Source: Cyanophyceae cyanobacterium (GTDB lineage: Bacteria > Cyanobacteriota > Cyanobacteriia > Cyanobacteriales > JAAUUE01). From it: DNA of 55,289 nucleotides. The position numbers and the translations under genes were made by a program. The stretch spans positions 1 to 55,289 of the forward strand of contig JBBQFK010000003.1 in assembly GCA_038321825.1 (NCBI GenBank), read 5' to 3'. The notes under the pieces are model-generated. The model did no database searches and was not told where the DNA came from. It saw only the letters and a list, made by a program, of their open reading frames with translations. Positions 38,916 through 48,678 of this stretch are shown in pieces. Positions within the stretch are counted from its first letter, which is position 1, and each line of letters starts with the position of its first letter.

Positions 38916-40255
38916 CGCCAGATATTCCGCCAAAAGGGGACAGATTCTACCGCAGGAATTTGGGGGAGGTTCCGGCGAATGTCATTGATATTCCAGTTGG
39001 TGAGGCGGGCGAGGTTTTGGGCTTCTTTGTCTAAACGGGCAGGAAGGCGGCGGCGATATTCTTCTCCGGCGGGACAGCTAGAGGTTTCGAGGTAGGGATG
39101 GCGGAGAATGTAACGCCCTTGGAATAGTTGCTGATTGGCAGTTTCTTGGAACATCAAGTCTTCGGGAAACTTATCACGGGTGTAGCGGACATGGAGACGG
39201 GTGATAAATACCGTACTTCTCGGTCTAACTTGCCGCCCAGTGGTCGGTTGAGGCTGATCGAGCCAAAAGACCCCAGCCCCCCGGAGTTCCTCTGGATTGA
39301 GGGGAGTTGCCGAGCAGGGATCACAGTTGCCCATATCCCAAGCGTATTCCACAAAAGCCACATTCCGACCTTCTTTGTCGTAGGCTGTCTGGAACAAAGA
39401 TTTATAGACATCCCCAAACCGCTCCTTGACATACACCGGAATTTCTTCATCCGTGGGGATTTTGACCGTGCGATAGTTGGTGATTTCTGTCTGCCCAGTG
39501 GGAGAGAGGACGTAGGCAATTAAATCCTGCTCATCGGTGGCGTTGATCATCCCCAGACGGATCGGCAGCATAAAGCGGGGAGATTCGTAAGCCATCATCA
39601 ACGGTCGGAGAAACTCGGAATTACTACGCTGAAACTCTTCTAGATTGACTTTAGCTACAAAAAACTTCAGGTTTTGCTGAATATAGGGACGAAGGAGGGC
39701 TGAAGCACCGGGGGGCATTTTGTAGCCGTTTTGAGTTAGCCAGTTTTCTAGTCCATCAGATTCCGTCGCACTGAGGATTAAAATATCGTACTCACCTACG
39801 GAGAAGCGAGACTCGATCGTCACCCCACTCGCATTTTCCCCGATCGCCGATTCTGCCCTGTCTGCTCCGCCCCTAGCTAATCCCGAAAGAGAAGGAGCCG
39901 ACGGATAGAGAACTTCACAGGGATTACTATCAAAATATTCCACCAATCTCGGCGCACTAAAGGCATCCAAACGCTGGATAATCTTGGCATCTCCTAGGCG
40001 TACCTGCTCCTCTTGCAGCACCGTCGGCACGGGAACCACCATGGCAAAGTCCTTCACCTCTCCTTGGAAATCGTTTGCCATAGTTAAAATTGTCCGGGTT
40101 CCGGCTCTGGCGATAATCACTTGAGAGGCTTTGTTGTAGAGGGAGGTATCGGCTTGGGACACATAGAAACCACAAAAGGCCCTAGCTTCTGGGACAAAGC
40201 ACAGCAGGACAAAGAACATAGTGATTAAGCCTAGAAGAATGCGTCGGGGCTGCAT
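38912..40255 (-). CDS. DUF2330-domain secreted protein
   Basis: Signal peptide then AFCGFYV, FAMVVPVP, APRLVEYFD..PC, EYAWDM..CDPC, FITRLH.RY. Confidence 0.8.
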   Translation of the reverse strand: MQPRRILLGLITMFFVLLCFVPEARAFCGFYVSQADTSLYNKASQVIIARAGTRTILTMANDFQGEVKDFAMVVPVPTVLQEEQVRLGDAKIIQRLDAFSAPRLVEYFDSNPCEVLYPSAPSLSGLARGGADRAESAIGENASGVTIESRFSVGEYDILILSATESDGLENWLTQNGYKMPPGASALLRPYIQQNLKFFVAKVNLEEFQRSNSEFLRPLMMAYESPRFMLPIRLGMINATDEQDLIAYVLSPTGQTEITNYRTVKIPTDEEIPVYVKERFGDVYKSLFQTAYDKEGRNVAFVEYAWDMGNCDPCSATPLNPEELRGAGVFWLDQPQPTTGRQVRPRSTVFITRLHVRYTRDKFPEDLMFQETANQQLFQGRYILRHPYLETSSCPAGEEYRRRLPARLDKEAQNLARLTNWNINDIRRNLPQIPAVESVPFWRNIWR

Positions 40256-40346
40256 AGTTACCTCATTTATGAATGGTTTGAGAGTAGTTTGAGAGTAGTT
40301 GCGGGAATAATTACAGGAAGATTTTATGGATAAATAGCAAGATCGG

Positions 40347-41165
40347 TTAAGGGACAGGCTCGATCGAGGTTTTGAGGGTATTCAGCCATGCAAACTGGGG
40401 CGATTTCCAGAGGAGATCAAGAATAAGGGTCAGGGGAGATAGGGCAAACAACGCCCAAAATACTGCCGGAGCCACAAAAAAGTAATTGCGGAGAATAAAG
40501 GTCAGGAAAGCGATCGCTACCCCCCAAATTAATCTCCCAGCTAGGGCATTGGGGGCCGATCGAGGGTCGGTGATCATAAACAGGGCAAACAATAATAGAG
40601 AGCCACTCATCAAACGGTGGGCATACACATCCCAAGTCCAACCTAGATAAACCGTCCGCATCGCCTCCAAGCCAGCATAGCTAACCAAAAAGCTCAACGC
40701 CGTATCCAACCGTCCCACCCGAAACAGCAGCATCCCCCCACAGCCCAGAAATAGCAGGGCATACCACCAGTCATCGCCCCACTGCCCCGGAGAAACCCAC
40801 GCATCTTGGGTCAGAACCAGCACAGAGATGATCCCAAAGTTGGCGGGGTTAAAAAAATGTTTTTCTTCGACTCGAAAAATAAACTTACTGAAAATTGCTA
40901 AACCAGCCGCCAGAGCTATGGTCGGGTAGTGTTCCGTCCGCAGGAGCAGGCAGAGGCTGAGGGCAGTAATCAGACTACTTTTGATGGAACTAAAACGGTA
41001 GGTATGCTCAAAAATCTTGGTCGCTAATAACTGGGCAGCAACACAGGTAGCGATCGCCACCAACACAATATCGGCTCTCAGGGTCCAATCTCTAGTAAAA
41101 ATTCCCAACCCCAGAAAGGTGGAGAGAAACAATATTTGATAATCACGGGCATCTTTTAGCAACAT
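40347..41165 (-). CDS. Orphan NQR2/RnfD-family membrane protein
   Basis: Multi-TM; SKF...KHFFNPANFG and LFALFMITDPRS, motifs shared with RnfD/NqrB. Confidence 0.75.
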   Translation of the reverse strand: MLLKDARDYQILFLSTFLGLGIFTRDWTLRADIVLVAIATCVAAQLLATKIFEHTYRFSSIKSSLITALSLCLLLRTEHYPTIALAAGLAIFSKFIFRVEEKHFFNPANFGIISVLVLTQDAWVSPGQWGDDWWYALLFLGCGGMLLFRVGRLDTALSFLVSYAGLEAMRTVYLGWTWDVYAHRLMSGSLLLFALFMITDPRSAPNALAGRLIWGVAIAFLTFILRNYFFVAPAVFWALFALSPLTLILDLLWKSPQFAWLNTLKTSIEPVP

Positions 41166-41480
41166 CTAAATTTTGGGGATCAGGATTAGTAGCCAAATCA
41201 AATAAACTATCCCTATTTAGATAAAGACTCCGGTAGTTTAGTTTCCTTTGACAAGAAACTTTACAGTTGGCAAACCAAGATTTCCCGAATTCTGTTGCTA
41301 CATTATGCCAAATCTGGGTATGGCAGTATATTTATTTTTTACTCAGTAAAAGCTGGTTTTGCTCTTGTAGTGATGGCTTCAGCCGCCGCACGCATAGCAC
41401 TTGCCTAGATAGATAGGACATTATAATAGTGATGCAGAGAAATGGTGATTTTGGTTTATTTACTACTACAAAAAAACAAA

Positions 41481-42326
41481 ATGAATATCAAATCTTCTCT
41501 CGTGGTCTTATCCGTTGCTACAATTCTCGTCTCTGTTGCCAGCGTCAGAGCGCAGGTATCTACGCCCAGCATCCAGAGTTTTGAACAATGGTGTCAGCAA
41601 AAAGATACACTTCCCGAAGAAACAAAAAGGACAGTAGAAATTCTCCTAAGACAAACACGTACACAAGATTGTAAAGCAGCCAATTTACGGCTCAATAGTC
41701 TTAAAGAACTCAGTCTAAATACGTCGCCAAGGACAGGTTTCTTCATCAGTGATGTGCAGCCCCTAGCAAGTTTAACTAATTTAACTTTTCTAAGTCTCTA
41801 TGGTAATGGAATCAGTGATGTGCAGCCCCTAGCAAATTTGACTAATTTGACTGAACTAGATCTCGATAATAATCAAATTAGTGATGTGCAGCCCCTAGCA
41901 AGTTTGATTAATTTGACTGAACTAGATCTCGATAATAATCAAATTAGTGATGTAAAGCCCCTAGCTAGTTTGACTAATTTAACTGATCTAAGTCTCGTTA
42001 GTAATCAAATCAGTGATGTAAAGCCCCTAGCAAGTTTAACTAATTTGACTTGGCTCAATCTCGTTAGTAATCAAATCAGAGATGTGCAGCCCCTAGCAAG
42101 TTTAACTAATTTGACTAGTCTCATTCTCGAAGGTAATCAAATCAGTGATGTAAAGCCCCTAGCAAGTTTGACTAATTTGACTGAACTCAATCTCGACAGG
42201 AATCAAATCAGTGATGTGCAGCCCTTATCTAGTTTGACTAATTTGACTATTCTCGACCTTAGCGAGAATGCAACACTCACCAATAGAATATGTCCAGTTA
42301 GACCAGAGTCAATTTGTCGTTTTTAG
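41481..42326 (+). CDS. Secreted internalin-like LRR protein (~9 x 22-aa repeats)
   Basis: Signal peptide, FEQWC...TQDC N-cap, LTNLTELDLDNNQISDVQPL repeats on 66-bp DNA units, CP....IC C-cap. ATG at 41481 preferred. Confidence 0.9.
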   Translation: MNIKSSLVVLSVATILVSVASVRAQVSTPSIQSFEQWCQQKDTLPEETKRTVEILLRQTRTQDCKAANLRLNSLKELSLNTSPRTGFFISDVQPLASLTNLTFLSLYGNGISDVQPLANLTNLTELDLDNNQISDVQPLASLINLTELDLDNNQISDVKPLASLTNLTDLSLVSNQISDVKPLASLTNLTWLNLVSNQIRDVQPLASLTNLTSLILEGNQISDVKPLASLTNLTELNLDRNQISDVQPLSSLTNLTILDLSENATLTNRICPVRPESICRF

Positions 42327-42559
42327 ATCGCTACCCTAGCTGCTAGTTCGGGAGCATCTCAGTTATGCATAAGTATAAATAAGTAATTTGTGTATTTACT
42401 CGATACAAATATTATTTCTGAGTTGCGAAAACAAAAACCTTATGGTGCTGTCGTCACTTTGGAACTTTGCCCGATGAGGTATAACTAGATTTTTGATCAG
42501 CAGTATCTTTAGCCGATTATTCAGCCTAAATCATCAAGAAACCTGACTAGTCCAGACTT

Positions 42560-42925
42560 CTATTGATTTTGAGTCGGAGTTGTCTCAGAGCTAGGAGTCG
42601 GGGAAGAATTGTTGATTAGTTCTAGGCGCTGGCGGAGAAATCTTGCTTCACTATCATCAAGGCTCTGGCGTTGTTGCTCTAGGACTTCTTGGGAATCTCG
42701 ACCATTGGCAAGCTGCGATCGCATGATCAGGTCAAACATATTCAGCCCATTATTACTGCCGCTAATCGTGGAGCCGGGTTCATTGGGGCGGAGATTGGAG
42801 TCTACAGCATTTTGGGGTTGATTTTGAGCCAAGCTGGGGCTGGCAAGGTTGACAATACCAAGGCTAACCAACAAACTAGAAAGCATCAGACCAAGGATTT
42901 TGTGATTTTGCATAGGAATTACCAT
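42560..42925 (-). CDS. Hypothetical secreted protein
   Basis: Signal peptide ending SPSLA-Q; MFDLI.R motif; 121 aa. Confidence 0.6.
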   Translation of the reverse strand: MVIPMQNHKILGLMLSSLLVSLGIVNLASPSLAQNQPQNAVDSNLRPNEPGSTISGSNNGLNMFDLIMRSQLANGRDSQEVLEQQRQSLDDSEARFLRQRLELINNSSPTPSSETTPTQNQ

Positions 42926-43114
42926 TGAAATTTAGTTAGCAAAGTTAGTTAGATTTATAGCGATCGCTACAATAATTAAAAATCAATTAGAATCAACTTG
43001 AGATGGGAATGCTACTGCTACTAGACTTAAATTCAAGACGAATAGTTGCTAATAGTTGCAATTATTTAGCTGTTTGGGCAGAAAGTCCACCAATATAATA
43101 CTTATGTTTCAGTT

Positions 43115-44095
43115 ATGACACAAAATCCAACCACACCGCAACCGAAAGTTAATTTAGGGAAGAGTAGTATCGCCGTTACCCCCTTGGGAATTGGGACTTG
43201 GGCTTGGGGAGACAAACTTTTTTGGAGCTATGGGAAAGATTACGGAGCTGACCAAGTAGCGGCAGCGTTCACAGCTACCCTAGAGGCAGGGATCAATTGG
43301 TTTGATACGGCAGAAGTCTACGGTATCGGCGAATCAGAAAATCTGCTGGGTAAATTTATCAAGGAAAATAACCCAAATCATCAAGAAGTCCTGATTGCCA
43401 CGAAGTATATGCCCCTGCCGTGGCGGTTTGTGGCGGGCGCAGTGTCTGATGCAATTACGGCTAGTCTCGATCGCCTCCGGGTCGATCGCCTTGATCTGTA
43501 CCAAGTTCATTCCCCCTTTGCCTTTCTCATGAGCCAAGAAACCCTGATGAATGCCCTTGCTGATGAAGTCCAACGGGGGAGAATTGGGGCGATCGGGGTG
43601 AGCAACTATTCTGCAACCCAAATGAAAGAAGCCTACGGATATTTGGCAGCAAGGGGTGTACCTCTGGCGGTGAATCAGGTCAACTATTCCCTTTTGGAGC
43701 GACAAATTGAAAGTAACGGTATTTGGGATGCTGCCCAACAATTGGAGGTGACAATTCTTGCCTACAGTCCCTTGGCTCAGGGTTTGGTGACGGGGAAATA
43801 TAGCCTCGAAAACTATCGGCTGCCAGAAGGGGCGCGGCGGTTTGATAATCGGTTTAGTAAGGAAGGTTTAGCCAAGATTGCTCCAGTGTTGGCGGTGTTG
43901 CAGGAGTTGGGGAGAATCCACGATCGCACCCCAGCGCAAGTAGCTCTCAATTGGCTGATCTGTCGGGGGGCAATCCCTATTCCGGGAGCCAAAAATGCCC
44001 AACAAGCCCAAGAAAATGCCGGAGCTTTGGGCTGGAACCTAACTGATGTGGAGGTTAGTCAACTAGATGAAGTTACCAAAAATTTCCAGAAGTAG
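43115..44095 (+). CDS. Aldo/keto reductase
   Basis: LGIGTWAWG, FDTAEVYG, IATK, DLYQVH, IGVSNY, AYSPLAQG, IPIPGAK. Confidence 0.93.
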   Translation: MTQNPTTPQPKVNLGKSSIAVTPLGIGTWAWGDKLFWSYGKDYGADQVAAAFTATLEAGINWFDTAEVYGIGESENLLGKFIKENNPNHQEVLIATKYMPLPWRFVAGAVSDAITASLDRLRVDRLDLYQVHSPFAFLMSQETLMNALADEVQRGRIGAIGVSNYSATQMKEAYGYLAARGVPLAVNQVNYSLLERQIESNGIWDAAQQLEVTILAYSPLAQGLVTGKYSLENYRLPEGARRFDNRFSKEGLAKIAPVLAVLQELGRIHDRTPAQVALNWLICRGAIPIPGAKNAQQAQENAGALGWNLTDVEVSQLDEVTKNFQK

Positions 44096-44154
44096 ATCTT
44101 TGGTAAAGTATTGATTAAAGAAGAGAGTTTTTCTCTAAGTTCCTGAAAAAAGCT

Positions 44155-45465
44155 ATGGTGTCCACACAAGTCCAGCCAGACTATTCAGCCCCTCGATCGA
44201 CCTCTCTCTCTCAACCAATGAGGATATTGTCAGTGATGGCTCTGGCGATCGCTCTCATATCCCTAGCCCCCCAAACGGTGTTAGCCCAAGGCAATCCCCA
44301 AAACCCCTTAGAAATCACCGAGACCGATCCCCTCCTGCCCCCAGATACCAACGCTAGGGAATTGACGGAGTTAGAACGAGAGGGGTTAATTACTGCCCTG
44401 ACGGAGCTAGAACAGCAGGCTAATACTTCCTTGGCAGTAGGGGATTTTGAGAATACGGCCTTGGTCTGGAATCGGCTTTTGCGCTTGAGTCGCTCTCTGG
44501 GGTCGATCGAGGAAATCCAAACCCTAGGCAGGATTGGGGATATTGCTTGGAATCGGGATTTGAGCAAACAGGTAAACACCATTAGTACTCGCCTCCAGAA
44601 TATCCAACGGGAAGCCGTCCGCCGGGGTGTGATTGCCGAGAACCCTGTCCCCAATAGCTCAACCCCAGATAATGCTCCTGCTCCAGAAAAATTAGATATC
44701 TCACTCCTTCAAGCGCTGGGAACTGCTTACCAACAACTGCGATCGCCCAACCTCGCCATCCCCATCTATCAACAACTCCTGACCCAATCCCAAGCTACCC
44801 AAGATAGTAACGCCATCGAGAACAATCTGCGGATTTTAGGTTCCTTGCACATGGCTTGGTTTGATTATGCCGCCGCCGTCCCTACCTACCAAGAATTATT
44901 TAAGCTGGCAGTTAGTTTGGATGACTTGGCAAATCAGGTGATTTATCTCGAAGAATTGGTATACATTTATGATCAATTAAAAGACCAAGAAAGGTCGATC
45001 GCTACTCGACAGGAACTACTAACTTACTATCAAACCAAACTCGAACTCCAGCCGAAAATTCCCTCTTTACTAATAGAGATCGCCTCTAGCTATAGCATTC
45101 TCAGAAATCCCCAAGCAGCACGGGATAATTACCAAAAAGCCTACGAAATTGCGATCGCCGGGAGACTATATGCTGCCGCAAGGGATGCTCTCCAAGGTTT
45201 AGCGACTCTCTACCAAACCTACAATCAACCGGACACTGCCTTAGAAATTTATCAAATTCTTGTCCAAGTTAACCAGCAATCCTACGATACTTATTTTTCC
45301 ATGCGCGCCTACGATCAGATGGGGCAAATTCATCTCCAACGTAGTAATTATCCTCAAGCCTTAGCAATGTTTACCGAAGGCTTAAAGATCGCTAGAACTC
45401 TGCAAACTCAAGAGTTATATTTTGCTGCCCAAGTGGAGCGATCGAGGAATCTATTAAATCCATAA
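44155..45465 (+). CDS. Tetratricopeptide-repeat exported protein
   Basis: Signal-like N-terminus and helical TPR-type repeats (ALGTAYQQL...AIPIYQQLL). Confidence 0.75.
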   Translation: MVSTQVQPDYSAPRSTSLSQPMRILSVMALAIALISLAPQTVLAQGNPQNPLEITETDPLLPPDTNARELTELEREGLITALTELEQQANTSLAVGDFENTALVWNRLLRLSRSLGSIEEIQTLGRIGDIAWNRDLSKQVNTISTRLQNIQREAVRRGVIAENPVPNSSTPDNAPAPEKLDISLLQALGTAYQQLRSPNLAIPIYQQLLTQSQATQDSNAIENNLRILGSLHMAWFDYAAAVPTYQELFKLAVSLDDLANQVIYLEELVYIYDQLKDQERSIATRQELLTYYQTKLELQPKIPSLLIEIASSYSILRNPQAARDNYQKAYEIAIAGRLYAAARDALQGLATLYQTYNQPDTALEIYQILVQVNQQSYDTYFSMRAYDQMGQIHLQRSNYPQALAMFTEGLKIARTLQTQELYFAAQVERSRNLLNP

Positions 45466-45494
45466 GTTAACTGGAATAATTGACCAGTAAGGAA

Positions 45495-46853
45495 CTAAAC
45501 CCGTAAGGCTCGGTTCTTGCTGGTTTCCACTTCTCTAGTTTTCTTGCCCCGCCACAGGAGACGTAGGGGCGTACCCTTGAACCCTAGTTGTTCCCGGAAC
45601 TGGCGCTCGATGTAACGGCGGTAGTTGTCATTAAAGCGGGTGGGATCGTTGACAAAGAGGGCGATCGTGGGCGGTTGGGCAGCGACCTGAGTGCCGTAGT
45701 AGATTTTGCCTTGCTTCCCTTGCCTAGTGGTGGGGGGAGAATGCCAGCTTACTGCATCTTCAATAACTTCATTAATTACCGAAGTCGTGACTCGGCGGCG
45801 ATGTTGCTCCACGGCGATATCTACTAGTTCCAAGATTTTATCAACCCGTTGCCCCGTTAAGGCGCTGATGAAAATAACGGGAACCCATTCCACAAAATCT
45901 AATCTATCCCGCAGGCTTTTTTCGTAGTCATAGATGGTGTAGGAATCCTTCTCGATCGCATCCCATTTATTCACCACCACGACCACCGCCCTGCCTTCTT
46001 CCATGATCCGCCCCGCCAGCTTTTGATCCTGTTCCGTCACCCCGTCGAGGGCATCGATGATCAATAGGACAATATCCGATCGACGAATTGCCTTGAAAGC
46101 TCGGTTAATACTAAAAAACTCAATCCCGTAGTCAATGTGCTTTTTCTTGCGGATCCCGGCAGTATCTACTAGCCGATAGGTTTTCTCCCCGTGTTCAATC
46201 AGCATATCGATCGCATCCCGGGTAGTTCCCGAAATAGGGCTGACGATCGCCCGACTTTCCCCAGTCATGGCATTCAACAGGCTAGATTTGCCCACGTTAG
46301 GACGACCAATGATCGCAATCTTGGTTTCTGGGTCTTCGGGCAGTTCGGAAACTTCTGGCAAATGTGCTACTAGTTTATCGAGCAATTCCCCAGTACCGTT
46401 ACCATGAATTGCCGACATGGGGTAAGGCTCCCCTAAGCCCAACTGCCAAAACTGCGCTGCTTGCAACAAGCCATTAATTTCTGACTCACATTTGTTCACT
46501 GCCACAAAGATAGGGACTTTCTGCTGCCGCAACCATCGAGCAATTTCTTCATCAGCAAAGGTCAAGCCTACCTGACCATCTACCACCATGATCGCTGCGC
46601 TAGATTCTGCCAGAGCCGCTAGGGATTGTTCTCGAATCAGGGGCAGAAATTCTGTATCATCATCAAATACCAAGCCCCCGGTATCCACCACCATAAATTC
46701 TCGATCGGACCAAAAGGAGGGACGGTAGGTACGATCGCGGGTCACTCCCGGTTCATCATGGACGATCGCATCCATAGCCCCCGCCATCCGGTTATACAAA
46801 GTAGATTTGCCCACGTTGGGGCGACCAATAATAGCAACAATAGGTAAGCTCAT
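45495..46853 (-). CDS. der: Ribosome biogenesis GTPase Der/EngA
   Basis: Two GRPNVGKS P-loops, DTGG/DTAG, NKCE/NKWD, KH-like C-terminus. Confidence 0.98.
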   Translation of the reverse strand: MSLPIVAIIGRPNVGKSTLYNRMAGAMDAIVHDEPGVTRDRTYRPSFWSDREFMVVDTGGLVFDDDTEFLPLIREQSLAALAESSAAIMVVDGQVGLTFADEEIARWLRQQKVPIFVAVNKCESEINGLLQAAQFWQLGLGEPYPMSAIHGNGTGELLDKLVAHLPEVSELPEDPETKIAIIGRPNVGKSSLLNAMTGESRAIVSPISGTTRDAIDMLIEHGEKTYRLVDTAGIRKKKHIDYGIEFFSINRAFKAIRRSDIVLLIIDALDGVTEQDQKLAGRIMEEGRAVVVVVNKWDAIEKDSYTIYDYEKSLRDRLDFVEWVPVIFISALTGQRVDKILELVDIAVEQHRRRVTTSVINEVIEDAVSWHSPPTTRQGKQGKIYYGTQVAAQPPTIALFVNDPTRFNDNYRRYIERQFREQLGFKGTPLRLLWRGKKTREVETSKNRALRV

Positions 46854-46869
46854 AGGTTAAATTTAGAGG

Positions 46870-46919
46870 TTTATTTAGGTGATTGAATTTTGATGAAATT
46901 TATTTAGGTGATTGAATTT
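46870..46919. repeat. 21-bp direct repeat upstream of der
   Basis: TTTATTTAGGTGATTGAATTT at 46870-46890 and 46899-46919. Confidence 0.85.
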
Positions 46920-47066
46920 ACTGGATTGCTAGACACCTTAAATTTAACTTGAGCTATGAGTTAACTTATTGATGAATCATTGGACTCTCGATTCAGACCG
47001 ATCCCTGATACGGTGATAAGTAGGCAGATTATCTGTAGAAATTTTTAAGATGGGTTAGCGAAGCGC

Positions 47067-47155
47067 ATAAGATCCAAATTATACACCCTAGAGTCTGAAA
47101 CTCCAAAAATCATCCTGACCATAAAACCAATAAATTTATTAATTTTGGATCTTAT
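47067..47155. repeat. 89-bp element bounded by a perfect 12-bp inverted repeat (MITE-like)
   Basis: ATAAGATCCAAA (47067-78) / TTTGGATCTTAT (47144-55). Confidence 0.6.
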
Positions 47156-47316
47156 TTGAAGGATAGCTGGAAGTTGCCAATATGTCGATCGAGTCTTGAG
47201 GCAATGGATCAAGGGGTTGAAGTTGCAGGATGAGAGCGATCGACCAACTCTAGAAATACCATAAAAATATTACGAGCTTGTATTAGGATAGGGGTGTAGT
47301 AATTTTGCAGGGATTT

Positions 47317-48678
47317 ATGCCAGATTTAGATGCTCTAAACCAACGCCTCAGAGAGTTCAAAGCCGCTAGTGATAATCTCGAACTCCAGCCTTTGCTGACT
47401 AAGGAGGATCTGGCTCGGTTTTGGGTGGAGTATCAAGTGGAGTTGATCGATGAACTAGAGCAGGCGGTGGAGGATTGTACTCCTCAAAATAATAAGATTG
47501 TTTTTACGGGGCATCGGGGTTGTGGAAAATCTACGCTGCTGGCGGAGTTTAGGGATCGCATGAGCGAGACGGGGAAGTATTTTGTGGTGCAGTTTTCTAT
47601 TGCTGATGCGATCGAAGCGGCAGGGGTAGATCACGTCAATATTTTGTTTACTACAGCCCTATCGCTGTTGGAGGCAGCCGAAGATCAAAAAGTTGCCATT
47701 AAGCCCGGCACTAAAAAGGAGCTTTATCGTTGGTTGGGTATTCATACTAGAACTGAGATTAAACATTTAGAAGCGGGGCTAGAGATAAGTGGTGGAGCGG
47801 GATTTAGTATTGAGGCGATCGTGAAGTTTTTCTTAGAAAGTAAGGCAAATCTGAAAGCTAATGCCATAGTCCGGGAGGAAATTACGACTAAGTTTAATCG
47901 GCAAATTTCTGAGTTGATTGGCAAACTGAATGAAATCAAAGCCTATATCGAAACAGCTACTAAGAAACAGGTTTTGGTAATTATTGATGACCTAGATAAG
48001 CTAGATATCGGCGTGACCGAAAGCATTTTTAGCAAAAATATTCAGCCTTTATTACAGCCTAGTTTTCGGATAATCTACACAATTCCTATTACTACGCTGC
48101 GGGAAGTTTCTATTAAGCGAAATATCGAAAGCAATGTGAAAAAGATTTACGCCATGCGGGTGACAAAGTTTTTTTCTAAGGCTCAGGTGCGGAAGATCGA
48201 TCGCATTCCCGATCCTGATTGTATGGAGCTATTCCGGGAGATCGTGGAGCGGCGTATTAGTCAAGATTTGATAGAGCCGACAATTGTGGAGGAGATTATT
48301 CTTAAGAGCGGCGGGGTGTTGCGGGAGTTGGTACGGATTTTGGATCTGTGCTGCGATCGCTGTATGCAAGAAGTCCGCCGTCAGATCAAGAAAGCGGATT
48401 TTCAGAAGCCTCCGGTGATGATTAACCAAGCGATTTTGGATATGGTACTTAATGATATCCAAATTCAGTATGCGGAACCTTTGGGGCGGGTAGATTTTAC
48501 TCGGCTTAAGAAAGTTTACGAACAACTTGAATTAGATGATGTAGAGAATCAGCGAATTTTGGATCTGTTTCATGGTTTATATATTCTGGAGTATCGCAAT
48601 CAGGTTTTGTGGTATGACCTCAACCCGATCGTTGCGGACTTACTAATATTAAATGGAGTTATTAGTGCTGCCAGTTAG
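47317..48678 (+). CDS. P-loop ATPase (STAND/KAP-like)
   Basis: Walker A FTGHRGCGKST, Walker B VLVIIDDLDK, SGGVLRELVRI, ILEYRN. ATG at 47317 preferred over TTG at 47305. Confidence 0.85.
   Translation: MPDLDALNQRLREFKAASDNLELQPLLTKEDLARFWVEYQVELIDELEQAVEDCTPQNNKIVFTGHRGCGKSTLLAEFRDRMSETGKYFVVQFSIADAIEAAGVDHVNILFTTALSLLEAAEDQKVAIKPGTKKELYRWLGIHTRTEIKHLEAGLEISGGAGFSIEAIVKFFLESKANLKANAIVREEITTKFNRQISELIGKLNEIKAYIETATKKQVLVIIDDLDKLDIGVTESIFSKNIQPLLQPSFRIIYTIPITTLREVSIKRNIESNVKKIYAMRVTKFFSKAQVRKIDRIPDPDCMELFREIVERRISQDLIEPTIVEEIILKSGGVLRELVRILDLCCDRCMQEVRRQIKKADFQKPPVMINQAILDMVLNDIQIQYAEPLGRVDFTRLKKVYEQLELDDVENQRILDLFHGLYILEYRNQVLWYDLNPIVADLLILNGVISAAS

Noticed and set aside
42350-42430. Possible IS end or MITE (GGGAGCATCTCAG...CTGAGTTGC)
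   Set aside because: Only a short imperfect inverted repeat with no transposase or second copy in the window; it may just be a terminator between convergent genes.
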